This document shows positions 1 to 8,743 of a stretch of DNA of 64,000 bases, piece after piece. A program made the position numbers and the translations under genes. The notes under the pieces were generated by a model that was not told where the DNA came from, searched no databases, and saw only the letters and a program-made list of their open reading frames with translations. Position 1 is the first letter of the stretch. Each line of letters begins with the position of its first letter. Source of the stretch: Clostridia bacterium (lineage in GTDB: Bacteria > Bacillota > Clostridia > Oscillospirales > CAG-272); the NCBI GenBank assembly GCA_017624905.1, contig JAGAMD010000012.1, forward strand, positions 506 through 64,505. Direction: 5' to 3'.

Positions 1-3000
1 CGTATGTAACTACCGCTATTTGACAAGTTTAGACTGGATTGTGAATCAAGGTATATACCATAACCACCGTTACCACCGTTGCCACCGTTGCCACCTTTAC
101 CACCATCGTGTCCTCTGCGGACAGAGGCGTCTGTTTTATGAGCAGAACCATTTGCACCGTTGCCACCGTCACCGCCATTACCACCGCTGCCACCGTTGCC
201 GCCTTCAGCATGAATTTTGGTTGCTGAGCTAGTTGTAAGTCTACTTGCTACAATAGCATGAGCGCCATTACCACCATTGCCGCCGTTGCCACCACCGCAA
301 TCCGTTTCACCGTTATATCCAGAGGCACCATTGCCACCATCACCACCATATGCATATATCTCTCCTTTAAGATTTATAGTTAGATATGATGCGTTGATTG
401 CACAATTGCCGTTTTCACCACTTGCACCAGGACTTGAGCCGCCTTTTCCGTCATAACCATATACGATTAGCTTTCCCTTTTCGTCATCGTCATAAGAACC
501 TTCAATTGTGAGGTTTGAGAACCAACCAATAGCAGGTCTGCTCGAGTCGGTTGCTGAGATAGTACATGTTCCTTTTATATCTAAAGTAACGTTCAAAATA
601 GAAGGATGCTCCCAAGCTGTAATGAATCCTTTGAAGTTGAAGTTGATGAAATGAATCTTTATGTTAGAATAACTCTTGAAGCATGCTAAATAAATGAAAA
701 GATCATAATATGTAACATCTTCACTGCCGATAAAGTAAACCTCAGTTGTTCCTGCACTGATATCAAGGTTTTTGTTTCCTCCGACATAGTCGCTTAAAAC
801 ATCACTATGATAATTGCAGTTATCACCTGGTTCAATTGATGACCAGTTGTAAACAAAACGAGTTGTACCTGCTACGTTTGGATCTGCATCTGGAGATGTT
901 TTGTAATAATTATACACTTTAACTAAATCCCATTTAGCATATAGGTTTATGTTTGAAGGGGAAGCTTTAAACTCATCGACAGAGAATTTTTGAGTGAAAG
1001 CAGAATCCTTATACCAACCTATGAAGTGATTGTATTCAGAGTAAGAGGAATATGAAATACAATTTTCGTCAATACTTTCTATAGTATGCTCTACAGTTTC
1101 CGACGGAGCAACATTTGGATCGTTATAGTGATATGTGATATTGTATTTTATAAGCTCCCATTGTGCATATAGTGTAGCAACACCATCTTTTTCAGAAGCG
1201 ATATAATTCACGGATTCTTGATCACTATATGAATCGCCAGTGCCATCTGGTTTTGTGTTCCAACCCACAAAGGTTGATCCGGAACGATAAAATCCGTTTA
1301 TTGCAAGAGGCAACTCTGTATTAATGTCACGACTTACTTGCGTATCTATTGTGCTTCCACCAGTAGCACCATTACCATCATAAACAACAACGTACTCTAT
1401 AGCAGCCCATTTTGCATAAACGTAAGTTCCGTTTTCTAAGTGGTCGGTATCGATGCTAGAAATCATATTATCACCGAAAGTAGTTAATTGCCAACCAGCA
1501 AGAACACTACCATTCTTTTGGTAAACAGGCATTTCGAAACTAACATTGGACCAAACTGCATAAAGAGTTAAATTTCCGATGTTTCCATTTTTTAAATCTA
1601 TTGTGTCGCCAACAGAATATGCTATTTCCTTGCTGTCTTTTGAAAGCGACCAGCCGAGAAATTCTTGATTTACAGTTCGATGAGTGTTTTGTGAATCGGA
1701 AACAAGGCTGTAAATATAAATAGTTGTAGATTTTGAAAAGTTGTTTGAAAGTGTAAATAAGCTGTTTCCACCTGCATAAGAAACTTGATTCATTACACCA
1801 CTGGTTGCACCGTTTCCGTCAAACGTGATAGAGTTTGGGGTCCAGTGAGCATAAAGTGTTTGCTTTGGCTGGTTGTAATTGTAAGAAACAAGTGAATCCG
1901 CGGTGATTTTTTCGCCGCCTACAAACGCTGTGTACCAACCATCAAATGTGTATCCGTCGCGAGAAAGAGTAGGGAGTGCACCATATGTTTTGCGATTATT
2001 GTTTTCATCAAAGCATTCAACGGTTGTTGAACCTAATTCAGTTGAATCGTCATTTGGATTTAAAACAATATCATATTGATTGCTTAACAAGTTGGCATCA
2101 TATCCACCTACAAGATTTTGTAAAAGTCTTGTTAAATCGTTAATATTTACAGAACCATTTAGATCTACATCTGCATAATTCAAGTTGAACGAAGAATCGT
2201 TATAATTACTTAAATATCTTGCAATTAAAACAGAGTCTAGTATATCAACAGAACCATCATTGTTAACGTCACCTGGAAGATGAGAAACAACGGTTATTCC
2301 ACCAGGAACGGTGCTAATATAAACAGGATTGTTATTCTTGTCAGAAAACTGAACACCGCTTCTTGAGAAAGAAATAGAAATATCATATTTTTCAAGCAGT
2401 GTTGCGTCGTCGGGAACCTTAAAAACAAGCTTTAACATGTTTCCATCGTTGTAGTCGACTTGCGCTCTGGCCATGGTGAAATAACATGAACTTCTTTCAG
2501 CATGAGGGTTGTAAGAGCTTATTGTGTTTAAAACATCAGAAGCTGCGTGGCTTATTAATTCAAGTCTTTCGTCATAGTTTACGCTAAAGGAAACACCTGT
2601 AATGCCAGGATTATTTATCATTTGCACATAAACAGTAATATATTGGTTGCCATCTAGTAAAGCATATGATTCGCCAACAACTACTCTTGGAGTACTTTCG
2701 GCTAAGCTTTGAGATTCCTTATAAACTGAATCGCATATTATACATGTGTAAATGATAGCGCCCTCTGTTTCGGTTGCGGAAAATTGGTGCTCTTCAATTG
2801 CACCACAATCCTTACATTGGTGTATAGTTATATTATCAACATCCTCGTAATTATGAGGTGTAATAGGCAACTCAGTCCCTTTTGAAACTATAGTTTCACA
2901 CTTTGTACAGAAAATGTCGCCTGAATATCCAGGAATAGTACAAGAAGATGCGAATTCGTTGTGTAAAATTAAATCGTGCTCGAGCTTATCTACAAAGGCA

Positions 3001-6000
3001 TTCTTTTGATAAAAGCCACAATCATTACATATTGTAACAGTATATCCAAAGGACGAGCATGTAGGTGGTACTGTTTTTGACGAGTAATTGTGAACACCGT
3101 TGTGTTCAAGATAATATGCACAAACGACAGTGATTTCAAATTCAACCTTGAAATCGTCATAAGTAGCAGTTATCAATTTTGTTCCAAATTCTGCAGTTGC
3201 ATCAGCTGGAATTTGAACATTACGTGTTACGTTGATTGATGAACCATCACCATACATAAGCAGGATTTCGCCACCCAAGGTAGAAACTGTGTCTCCCTTG
3301 CCATATATTAATTGGTTTGGCAACACATTTAGAACAAGTCCAGTTGGCTTGTTTTCTTTAATCAAAACAGGCAGTTCCAGTGTTCCAGCAGTTGTTTGAC
3401 CATCTATTGTTGTTACAAACAAAATTTTAGCTGTGGTTGTCTTTTTGCTTGTTTTGCTTGAGTTTTTGGAATCAAAAAAGTAAGAAACGATCGAATATTC
3501 AACATCCTTGTGATCACCAATATCTATGGATAAATTTTCAAGCTTGAGAGTGTTTTCTCCACTTTCATAAATTTGATCAACATAATAGCCTAGATCTTTA
3601 TCGTAATCACATGTGAATGAGTAGTTAATATCAAAAGAGGCAACATTGCTTGGAAAGACGATGCTTGCTTCATCTTTAGATATTTCATCTTCGCTAATTG
3701 TGGTGTCAGGAATATAGTTGCTATTTTTAGCAAAAGAGTTTTTAGTATTGCAATAGCACATAAAGGTTCCTACGTTGTCTGCAAGGAACTCACACCTGTC
3801 AATGCTAACAGATGAAAAAACATTTGAAACATTTCCGCTATAGCTTTGAGCTGCAATTCCTCCAGCATAAACATGAACATAAGGGTATACTGTTGCGGTG
3901 TTCTTTTCAGCATAAGATAGACCAGCGGACTTTAGAGAAACTCCACTAACAACTACATTGCTTACAGTTCCGCCATCGATCAAGGCAGCAATTCCTCCAG
4001 CATAAACGCTTGAAGCATTACTCTTGTCATCATTAGCTTTGTAATTACGTCCAGATATTGCTGATACACTGCTGTTCTTGACGCTACAATTTGATATAGT
4101 GCCAGAGCTAATTCCAGCAATACCACCAGAATATGCACTAATAGACTTATTTACTATATAAACCTCTTGCTTTATTTTTATTTCGCAGTTAGCAATGTGG
4201 CAATTCGAGATAGTGCCATGGTTCACAGCGGCAACGACGCCGGCTTGAGCCTTTGGATTGCTTTCGCCTGTGTTATCAATTTCGATTTTTATCGAATCGA
4301 ACTTTAAGTTTTTAACTGTTCCAGACCCTCCGATGCATTCAAAAAGAGCAGCGGTGTCAGAGTCTTTTATTGTGAAGTTTGAAAGTGTGTGTCCACGACC
4401 ATCGATACTTCCTGCGAAAAATTCGTCTTCATCTAGTGCATTTCCAAACGCAGATAACTCAGCGTTATCAAAATCAATGTCATTTAAGATGATGTAGTGA
4501 TTTGACAATCCGTTTTTTAAGCTACCTATCGATTTGAATTGCTCGGCGGTTGAAATGATATAAGGATCATCTTTAGATCCACTACCACCATTGTAGGTTG
4601 ATTCGTTTCCAACATGAAAATCAATGGAATAAACAGTCTTTTGGTTATAAAGAACTGTTCCTGTGAATTCACTATATTGCTCAGGAACAGAAAGCTTTCC
4701 ATCATTTGAAGAAAAAACAAAGTCGCCATAAGACCATTCATATGTGAAAAGGTCTTCGTTTAGGTCAAAAGCTTTGCAGATTCTTTGTGGAAATTTATTT
4801 AAATAAATTGTTTGACCTATGAGAACTTGACCATATGTTTCCATGTCTGCGTTTGTCATTGTTCTGTATGTTTCGTCAGATAATTGAAGAGAAAACGCAG
4901 ATTCAATTCCAATGATATATGCGATATCTTTTACAAGCTGTGCTTCTACAGCCTCAAGAGAAACATTTCTTGTTGCATTTAGCTTAGTTGTGATTTCGCC
5001 ATATGTAATGTATTCATCTTCGTTGTAATAATATCTTGTTTCATCGGTGATGGCTTCTCCATATTGCTGTAGCAAGTATAGCTGTTGATTGAGAAGGCAA
5101 AGATCAACCATATTTTGCGCTTTAATAAGAGTGTTATACAAATCTAATGCGAAATCAACTGCTTCACCTTCTACGTCTTGCTCGGGTATAAACTCTCTGT
5201 TTTCAGAAAGATAATCATAATAGTAACGTTGGATTGATAGCTTGACACCTGTTGAGTCAGTCTGCATATATTCATAGAGCATTTGTATATTGGACAAGCC
5301 AGATATTGGATGCTCGGAGCATAGTGCAGTATATATGGCATCATATTCGTCTTTGAGCTGAGATAAATCGTCTGGATTTTTGGCAGCGGCTTCCTGTAAA
5401 ATAAATCCATATGCTTTGTCATAGTATGGATTTTCATTTATGTCAGAGCTTCCGTGCAAATAGTTTTTGAACATTGTATAGCTGAAGTTACCATCGGAGC
5501 TGGATACAAATTTTATAATTTCCTCTTTCGCTGTTTGAGCAGCAAACGCCCCAGAAAGAGCGGAGAGTATTTCTTGAGTTTGCTTATCAACATGAATGGA
5601 AAGCTCACTGATATCTTCTTGCAATTCATCAATGTTGTTATTTACCTCGTCAAATTTCTCGTCAATGTGATTTTGCAATTTTTGGGTTTCTGTTTCAGCT
5701 TCATTCCCAGATTTCGCTAATGATACAACGCCGTTTAAAATGGAGTCAGAAACATCACCTAAGCCGAAACAGGAGGCAACAATGTTCACTGCGGAGATCG
5801 TTAGATCAATCATTGCACCTGCAACATCGGGATTGTCATCTTGCATTGCTGTGGCAAAAGTGAAAAGTGATGAAATGCCCTTGCTTAAGCCTTTTGCAGT
5901 GTTATCCTTTAATTTTTTAGTTTTTTCTGCCTTTTCTTCGTCTTCAAATCTTTTGTTTATTTTTTGAAGAGTTTCGGTATAAGTAGGCTTTTTGCTTTTT

Positions 6001-6137
6001 TTGGTTTCCTTGCTGGTTGTTTCTGTTTGAGTTTGCTTTGCAACAGAAACAGGTGTTGCAACTATAGGTAGCGCAAAGGAGAACGATAGCAATAAAGCAG
6101 TAACTATTACGATGAATCTTTTTAAAATGCTATTCAT
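1..6137 (-). CDS. Giant secreted cell-surface protein, C-terminus cut by the window edge (>2040 aa). Order of modules: signal peptide, helical N-region, GLUG-like segment, Cys-rich CxxC module, cohesin-like domain, type I dockerin, at least 4 Listeria-Bacteroides (Flg_new) repeats, Gly-Gly-Asn triplet tail
   Basis: My own minus-strand translation from ATG at 6137 (GGAG about 10 nt upstream) gives MNSILKRFIVIVTALLLSFSFALPIVATPVSVAKQ. The frame stays open to position 1. The supplied track has no other ORF >=60 aa between 232 and 4258, which fits one long partial ORF left out of the track. Motifs read directly: GDVNNDGSVDILD...DVDLNGSVNIND (2103-2275), GYTFDGWYT (1925-1960), FLGWSLSKD (1633-1670), FVGWNTKPDG (1240-1285), FIGWYKDSAF (1000-1030), repeated YAGGIAA/YSGGIAG (about 3780-4450). 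Confidence 0.85.
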   Translation of the reverse strand, partial: MNSILKRFIVIVTALLLSFSFALPIVATPVSVAKQTQTETTSKETKKSKKPTYTETLQKINKRFEDEEKAEKTKKLKDNTAKGLSKGISSLFTFATAMQDDNPDVAGAMIDLTISAVNIVASCFGLGDVSDSILNGVVSLAKSGNEAETETQKLQNHIDEKFDEVNNNIDELQEDISELSIHVDKQTQEILSALSGAFAAQTAKEEIIKFVSSSDGNFSYTMFKNYLHGSSDINENPYYDKAYGFILQEAAAKNPDDLSQLKDEYDAIYTALCSEHPISGLSNIQMLYEYMQTDSTGVKLSIQRYYYDYLSENREFIPEQDVEGEAVDFALDLYNTLIKAQNMVDLCLLNQQLYLLQQYGEAITDETRYYYNEDEYITYGEITTKLNATRNVSLEAVEAQLVKDIAYIIGIESAFSLQLSDETYRTMTNADMETYGQVLIGQTIYLNKFPQRICKAFDLNEDLFTYEWSYGDFVFSSNDGKLSVPEQYSEFTGTVLYNQKTVYSIDFHVGNESTYNGGSGSKDDPYIISTAEQFKSIGSLKNGLSNHYIILNDIDFDNAELSAFGNALDEDEFFAGSIDGRGHTLSNFTIKDSDTAALFECIGGSGTVKNLKFDSIKIEIDNTGESNPKAQAGVVAAVNHGTISNCHIANCEIKIKQEVYIVNKSISAYSGGIAGISSGTISNCSVKNSSVSAISGRNYKANDDKSNASSVYAGGIAALIDGGTVSNVVVSGVSLKSAGLSYAEKNTATVYPYVHVYAGGIAAQSYSGNVSNVFSSVSIDRCEFLADNVGTFMCYCNTKNSFAKNSNYIPDTTISEDEISKDEASIVFPSNVASFDINYSFTCDYDKDLGYYVDQIYESGENTLKLENLSIDIGDHKDVEYSIVSYFFDSKNSSKTSKKTTTAKILFVTTIDGQTTAGTLELPVLIKENKPTGLVLNVLPNQLIYGKGDTVSTLGGEILLMYGDGSSINVTRNVQIPADATAEFGTKLITATYDDFKVEFEITVVCAYYLEHNGVHNYSSKTVPPTCSSFGYTVTICNDCGFYQKNAFVDKLEHDLILHNEFASSCTIPGYSGDIFCTKCETIVSKGTELPITPHNYEDVDNITIHQCKDCGAIEEHQFSATETEGAIIYTCIICDSVYKESQSLAESTPRVVVGESYALLDGNQYITVYVQMINNPGITGVSFSVNYDERLELISHAASDVLNTISSYNPHAERSSCYFTMARAQVDYNDGNMLKLVFKVPDDATLLEKYDISISFSRSGVQFSDKNNNPVYISTVPGGITVVSHLPGDVNNDGSVDILDSVLIARYLSNYNDSSFNLNYADVDLNGSVNINDLTRLLQNLVGGYDANLLSNQYDIVLNPNDDSTELGSTTVECFDENNNRKTYGALPTLSRDGYTFDGWYTAFVGGEKITADSLVSYNYNQPKQTLYAHWTPNSITFDGNGATSGVMNQVSYAGGNSLFTLSNNFSKSTTIYIYSLVSDSQNTHRTVNQEFLGWSLSKDSKEIAYSVGDTIDLKNGNIGNLTLYAVWSNVSFEMPVYQKNGSVLAGWQLTTFGDNMISSIDTDHLENGTYVYAKWAAIEYVVVYDGNGATGGSTIDTQVSRDINTELPLAINGFYRSGSTFVGWNTKPDGTGDSYSDQESVNYIASEKDGVATLYAQWELIKYNITYHYNDPNVAPSETVEHTIESIDENCISYSSYSEYNHFIGWYKDSAFTQKFSVDEFKASPSNINLYAKWDLVKVYNYYKTSPDADPNVAGTTRFVYNWSSIEPGDNCNYHSDVLSDYVGGNKNLDISAGTTEVYFIGSEDVTYYDLFIYLACFKSYSNIKIHFINFNFKGFITAWEHPSILNVTLDIKGTCTISATDSSRPAIGWFSNLTIEGSYDDDEKGKLIVYGYDGKGGSSPGASGENGNCAINASYLTINLKGEIYAYGGDGGNGASGYNGETDCGGGNGGNGGNGAHAIVASRLTTSSATKIHAEGGNGGSGGNGGDGGNGANGSAHKTDASVRRGHDGGKGGNGGNGGNGGYGIYLDSQSSLNLSNSGSYI
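20..330 (-). repeat. Coding microsatellite-like array of 9-bp units (GCCACCGTT / ACCACCGTT variants on + strand) encoding GGN/GGS/GGD triplets
   Basis: Direct reading: caccgttaccaccgttgccaccgttgccacc and similar runs at 60-100, 150-215 and 270-300. They translate on the minus strand to GGNGGNGGNGGYG, GGNGGSGGNGGDGGNGANG and GGGNGGNGGNGAH. Confidence 0.8.
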
Positions 6138-6150
6138 ATACTTTATACTC

Positions 6151-7533
6151 CTATTCTAATACGGTAGTTTTGCCAGAAATTATTATTGGCTGTGCTTTTT
6201 CTAGATTTTCATTAATATAGTATGTATCATCAAGTATTTCAATAACGAAATATCCACAAGAAGGAGGCTGTCCTACAGTGAATGTGAATTTGAACATATT
6301 CATTTGTCCATTTGATGAAACAGAACCGCCAGATGACCAACAGAATTCATATGTGTGATTGGTTGAATCGAGTTTTGAGGTCGTAGAGCCACCAAGGTTG
6401 GAGGTTAGGATCTTGATATCATCGTTGCTTATGTTGAGATTTTCGTCATATTCTAGATGAATGTTTAGTCCGTGCATTGTGATTTTTCCACAAAGATACA
6501 TATAAACGGAAAACTCTGTTTCGCTACGGCTTATTTCACTGGAGTCTACAATGATGATTGGCTCAGTTACTTCTTCGTCATATTGAGCAGTAATAACTGC
6601 GTTGGATGAAATACTGTCTAATGCTGTGTCCCAACCGGTAAATTTATAACCTTTCATTTTGTTCCAGTCAAAATAAATTTCATCAATTTCTGGTGGTGTT
6701 ACGGAAAAGCCATGATATACGTCGGTTATGGTTGTAATGGTTTCGCCACTTGGCATGTTGAAAGTAACCATGTATGTGTTGATTTCGTATTTTGCATTAA
6801 TAGTCATGTTGGATGTTACATTTTCAAATGAGGCATCCCAACCTATAAAGGTGTATCCCTCTACAGGCTCAAGAGTAGGTTCAATTGCACTTTTTCCGTT
6901 TGTTACGAGTTGTTCTTCAATCGTATTTCCATTTATATCTAAGAAGCTTACCTTGAATTGCTTTATGTATTGTGCTTGAATGGTTAGGTCTTCGACAACG
7001 TAATTGAAATCGGAGCTCCACCTTTCAAAAATGTAGCCAGATCGCGTAGGCTGTGTTGGCTCTGTGGCTGGATTTGTATGAAAAATTTCTTGTATTTCAA
7101 TTATCGAGCCGTCATAATCTATAAAAGTTACCGTATGTTGCTCAGTAGTTGGAATGAAATATGCATAAACTGACATACTATTACTTATATTGGTTATATC
7201 GGCTTCAATATCAGAATCTGGTTGAACAACCCATTTTTGAAAAATAAATCCTGTGTCAGCTGATGCAGGCTTGAATGGCACGGAATGTGGATATATGGCG
7301 GATTCGCCCTCTTTCACAGTTACCTCTGCCAATAGAATAGCACCGGTTTCGTTGTAAAATGATACGGTGTATTCGGCAGGAGCTTGCTCGCTGTTTGTAT
7401 TTGAATTAGTGTCGGTGTTAGTGTCTGTGTCTGTGGGTTCGTTTTTCCCTTTTTTACAAGCGCTTATTGCTATTGTAAAGGTAATCAAAAGAACTACTGA
7501 TAGAACGAGTAAAAGCCATCTTTTGCCCTTCAT
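6151..7533 (-). CDS. Surface lipoprotein with four Listeria-Bacteroides (Flg_new) repeats and a C-terminal cohesin-like domain
   Basis: ORF track gives 6151..7599. I prefer ATG at 7533 (GGAGGA 6 nt upstream), giving MKGKRWLLLVLSVVLLITFTIAISAC, a signal peptide with lipobox ISAC. Repeats: FIFQKWVV, GYIFERWSSD, GYTFIGWDASF, GYKFTGWDT. The C-terminal ~130 aa (HGLNIHLEYDENLNI...) look cohesin-like. The stop lies 13 nt upstream of the giant gene start, so the two are probably co-transcribed. Confidence 0.8.
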   Translation of the reverse strand: MKGKRWLLLVLSVVLLITFTIAISACKKGKNEPTDTDTNTDTNSNTNSEQAPAEYTVSFYNETGAILLAEVTVKEGESAIYPHSVPFKPASADTGFIFQKWVVQPDSDIEADITNISNSMSVYAYFIPTTEQHTVTFIDYDGSIIEIQEIFHTNPATEPTQPTRSGYIFERWSSDFNYVVEDLTIQAQYIKQFKVSFLDINGNTIEEQLVTNGKSAIEPTLEPVEGYTFIGWDASFENVTSNMTINAKYEINTYMVTFNMPSGETITTITDVYHGFSVTPPEIDEIYFDWNKMKGYKFTGWDTALDSISSNAVITAQYDEEVTEPIIIVDSSEISRSETEFSVYMYLCGKITMHGLNIHLEYDENLNISNDDIKILTSNLGGSTTSKLDSTNHTYEFCWSSGGSVSSNGQMNMFKFTFTVGQPPSCGYFVIEILDDTYYINENLEKAQPIIISGKTTVLE

Positions 7534-7570
7534 ATAAAATCCTCCAAAAATAAAATATAATAATATATAA

Positions 7571-7599
7571 AGTATAATACATATAAAAAAATAAATCAA
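7571..7599 (-). promoter_or_regulatory. Candidate sigma-A promoter for the lipoprotein/giant-protein operon
   Basis: Minus strand reads TTGATT (7599-7594), a 17-nt spacer, then TATACT (7576-7571). Confidence 0.35.
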
Positions 7600-7640
7600 T
7601 ACGTATGGGGAAATATTTACAAAATGTAGGATAAAAATTT

Positions 7641-7669
7641 AAAAAGCAAGTGAAATTCACTTGCTTTTT
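7641..7669 (-). terminator. Rho-independent terminator downstream of mnmA
   Basis: Stem GCAAGTG (7646-7652) / CACTTGC (7658-7664), flanked by an A-run and a T-run. Confidence 0.7.
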
Positions 7670-7683
7670 GTATTGTTTTTTAA

Positions 7684-8742
7684 TTAATCGAGCTCGGTTT
7701 TGGAAATAATTCCGCCGCCGATTACGACATCGCCGTCGTAAATGACAACACTTTGTCCTTTGCAAATTGCTCTTTGAGGTTCGTCAAAGACAACGTGCAA
7801 AAGCCCGTTTCTTAGACACGCCTTGGCACTTTTTTCTTCTTGGTTATATCTTACCTTGGCTTTTACCGTCATAGGCGTATCAATTGAGTCAACTGCAATT
7901 AAGTTTACGTTGTCAGCCCACAGCTCACGCGAGAACAAGTCCTCGTTTTCGCCAATTACAACCTCGTTTGTCTCTAAATTTTTCCCAACAACATACATTG
8001 AGTGAGGTAACGCAAGACCTAAGCCCTTTCTTTGACCTATTGTATATCTTATTATGCCCTTGTGCTTGCCAAGTAGTTTTCCATCAGTAGTAACAAAATT
8101 GCCCTCGGGGTAAGATTTTTTGGTGTAATTTTCAATAAATTTGGCATAATCTCCGTCCGGCACAAAGCAAATATCTTGACTTTCCTTTTTGTCGGCAAAC
8201 TCAAAATCAAGGTCGCTAAGAACCTTGCGCACCTCGTCCTTCGACTCCATTTTGCCAAGTGGAAAAACAGTTTTCGCAACTCTTTCCTTGCTTAGTCTAT
8301 AAAGCACATAGCTTTGATCCTTTTTTGTGTTTTTCGCTTTTTTTAATACCACACGACCATATTTTTCGTCATACTCGGTAATAGCGTAGTGCCCTGTTGC
8401 AACATACTCATAGCCAAGCTCGGTTGCATAGTCAAAAAGCTTATCGAATTTTAAATGAAAATTGCACTCAATACAAGGATTAGGCGTAGCACCGTTTTCG
8501 TATGCTGAGATAAAATTGTCAATTACATATTTTTGGAAATCTTCTGAAAAATCAACCACGTGGTGAGGGATTTTTAGCTTTTGGCATACTGATTCGGCAT
8601 CCTTTATGTCGGTTTCGGTTGTGCAAGATGCCCCATGTAGTCTCATCGTAGCACCGAGGCACTCATATCCTTCGTTTTTTACAATAGTGGCACATGCTGA
8701 GCTGTCAACTCCGCCACTCATAGCAACAAGTATCTTCTTCAA
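7684..8742 (-). CDS. mnmA: tRNA 2-thiouridine(34) synthase MnmA
   Basis: PP-loop SGGVDSS, the CIECN motif and a length typical of MnmA. The likely start is TTG at 8742 (LKKILVAMSGGVDSS), just after the upstream stop at 8744. The track start 8790 would overlap the GH78 gene. Confidence 0.9.
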   Translation of the reverse strand: MKKILVAMSGGVDSSACATIVKNEGYECLGATMRLHGASCTTETDIKDAESVCQKLKIPHHVVDFSEDFQKYVIDNFISAYENGATPNPCIECNFHLKFDKLFDYATELGYEYVATGHYAITEYDEKYGRVVLKKAKNTKKDQSYVLYRLSKERVAKTVFPLGKMESKDEVRKVLSDLDFEFADKKESQDICFVPDGDYAKFIENYTKKSYPEGNFVTTDGKLLGKHKGIIRYTIGQRKGLGLALPHSMYVVGKNLETNEVVIGENEDLFSRELWADNVNLIAVDSIDTPMTVKAKVRYNQEEKSAKACLRNGLLHVVFDEPQRAICKGQSVVIYDGDVVIGGGIISKTELD

Positions 8743-8743
8743 A

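Noticed and set aside
20-232. 70-aa plus-strand ORF rich in His/Arg/Cys (HRYHRCHRCH...) and the 60-aa minus-strand ORF 29..211
   Set aside because: Both are alternative-frame or antisense readings of the 9-bp GGN-coding repeat of the giant surface protein. Neither has an RBS, and the composition is a repeat artefact.
4258-5967. Track ORFs 4258..4497, 4526..4741, 5171..5437, 5454..5720 and 5740..5967
   Set aside because: All lie inside the long open minus-strand frame of the giant protein (frame of ATG 6137), in other frames or on the other strand. They are shadow ORFs.
7454-7765. 103-aa minus-strand ORF spanning the lipoprotein promoter region and the mnmA terminator
   Set aside because: It crosses a terminator hairpin and a promoter, is AT-rich and low-complexity, and has no RBS.
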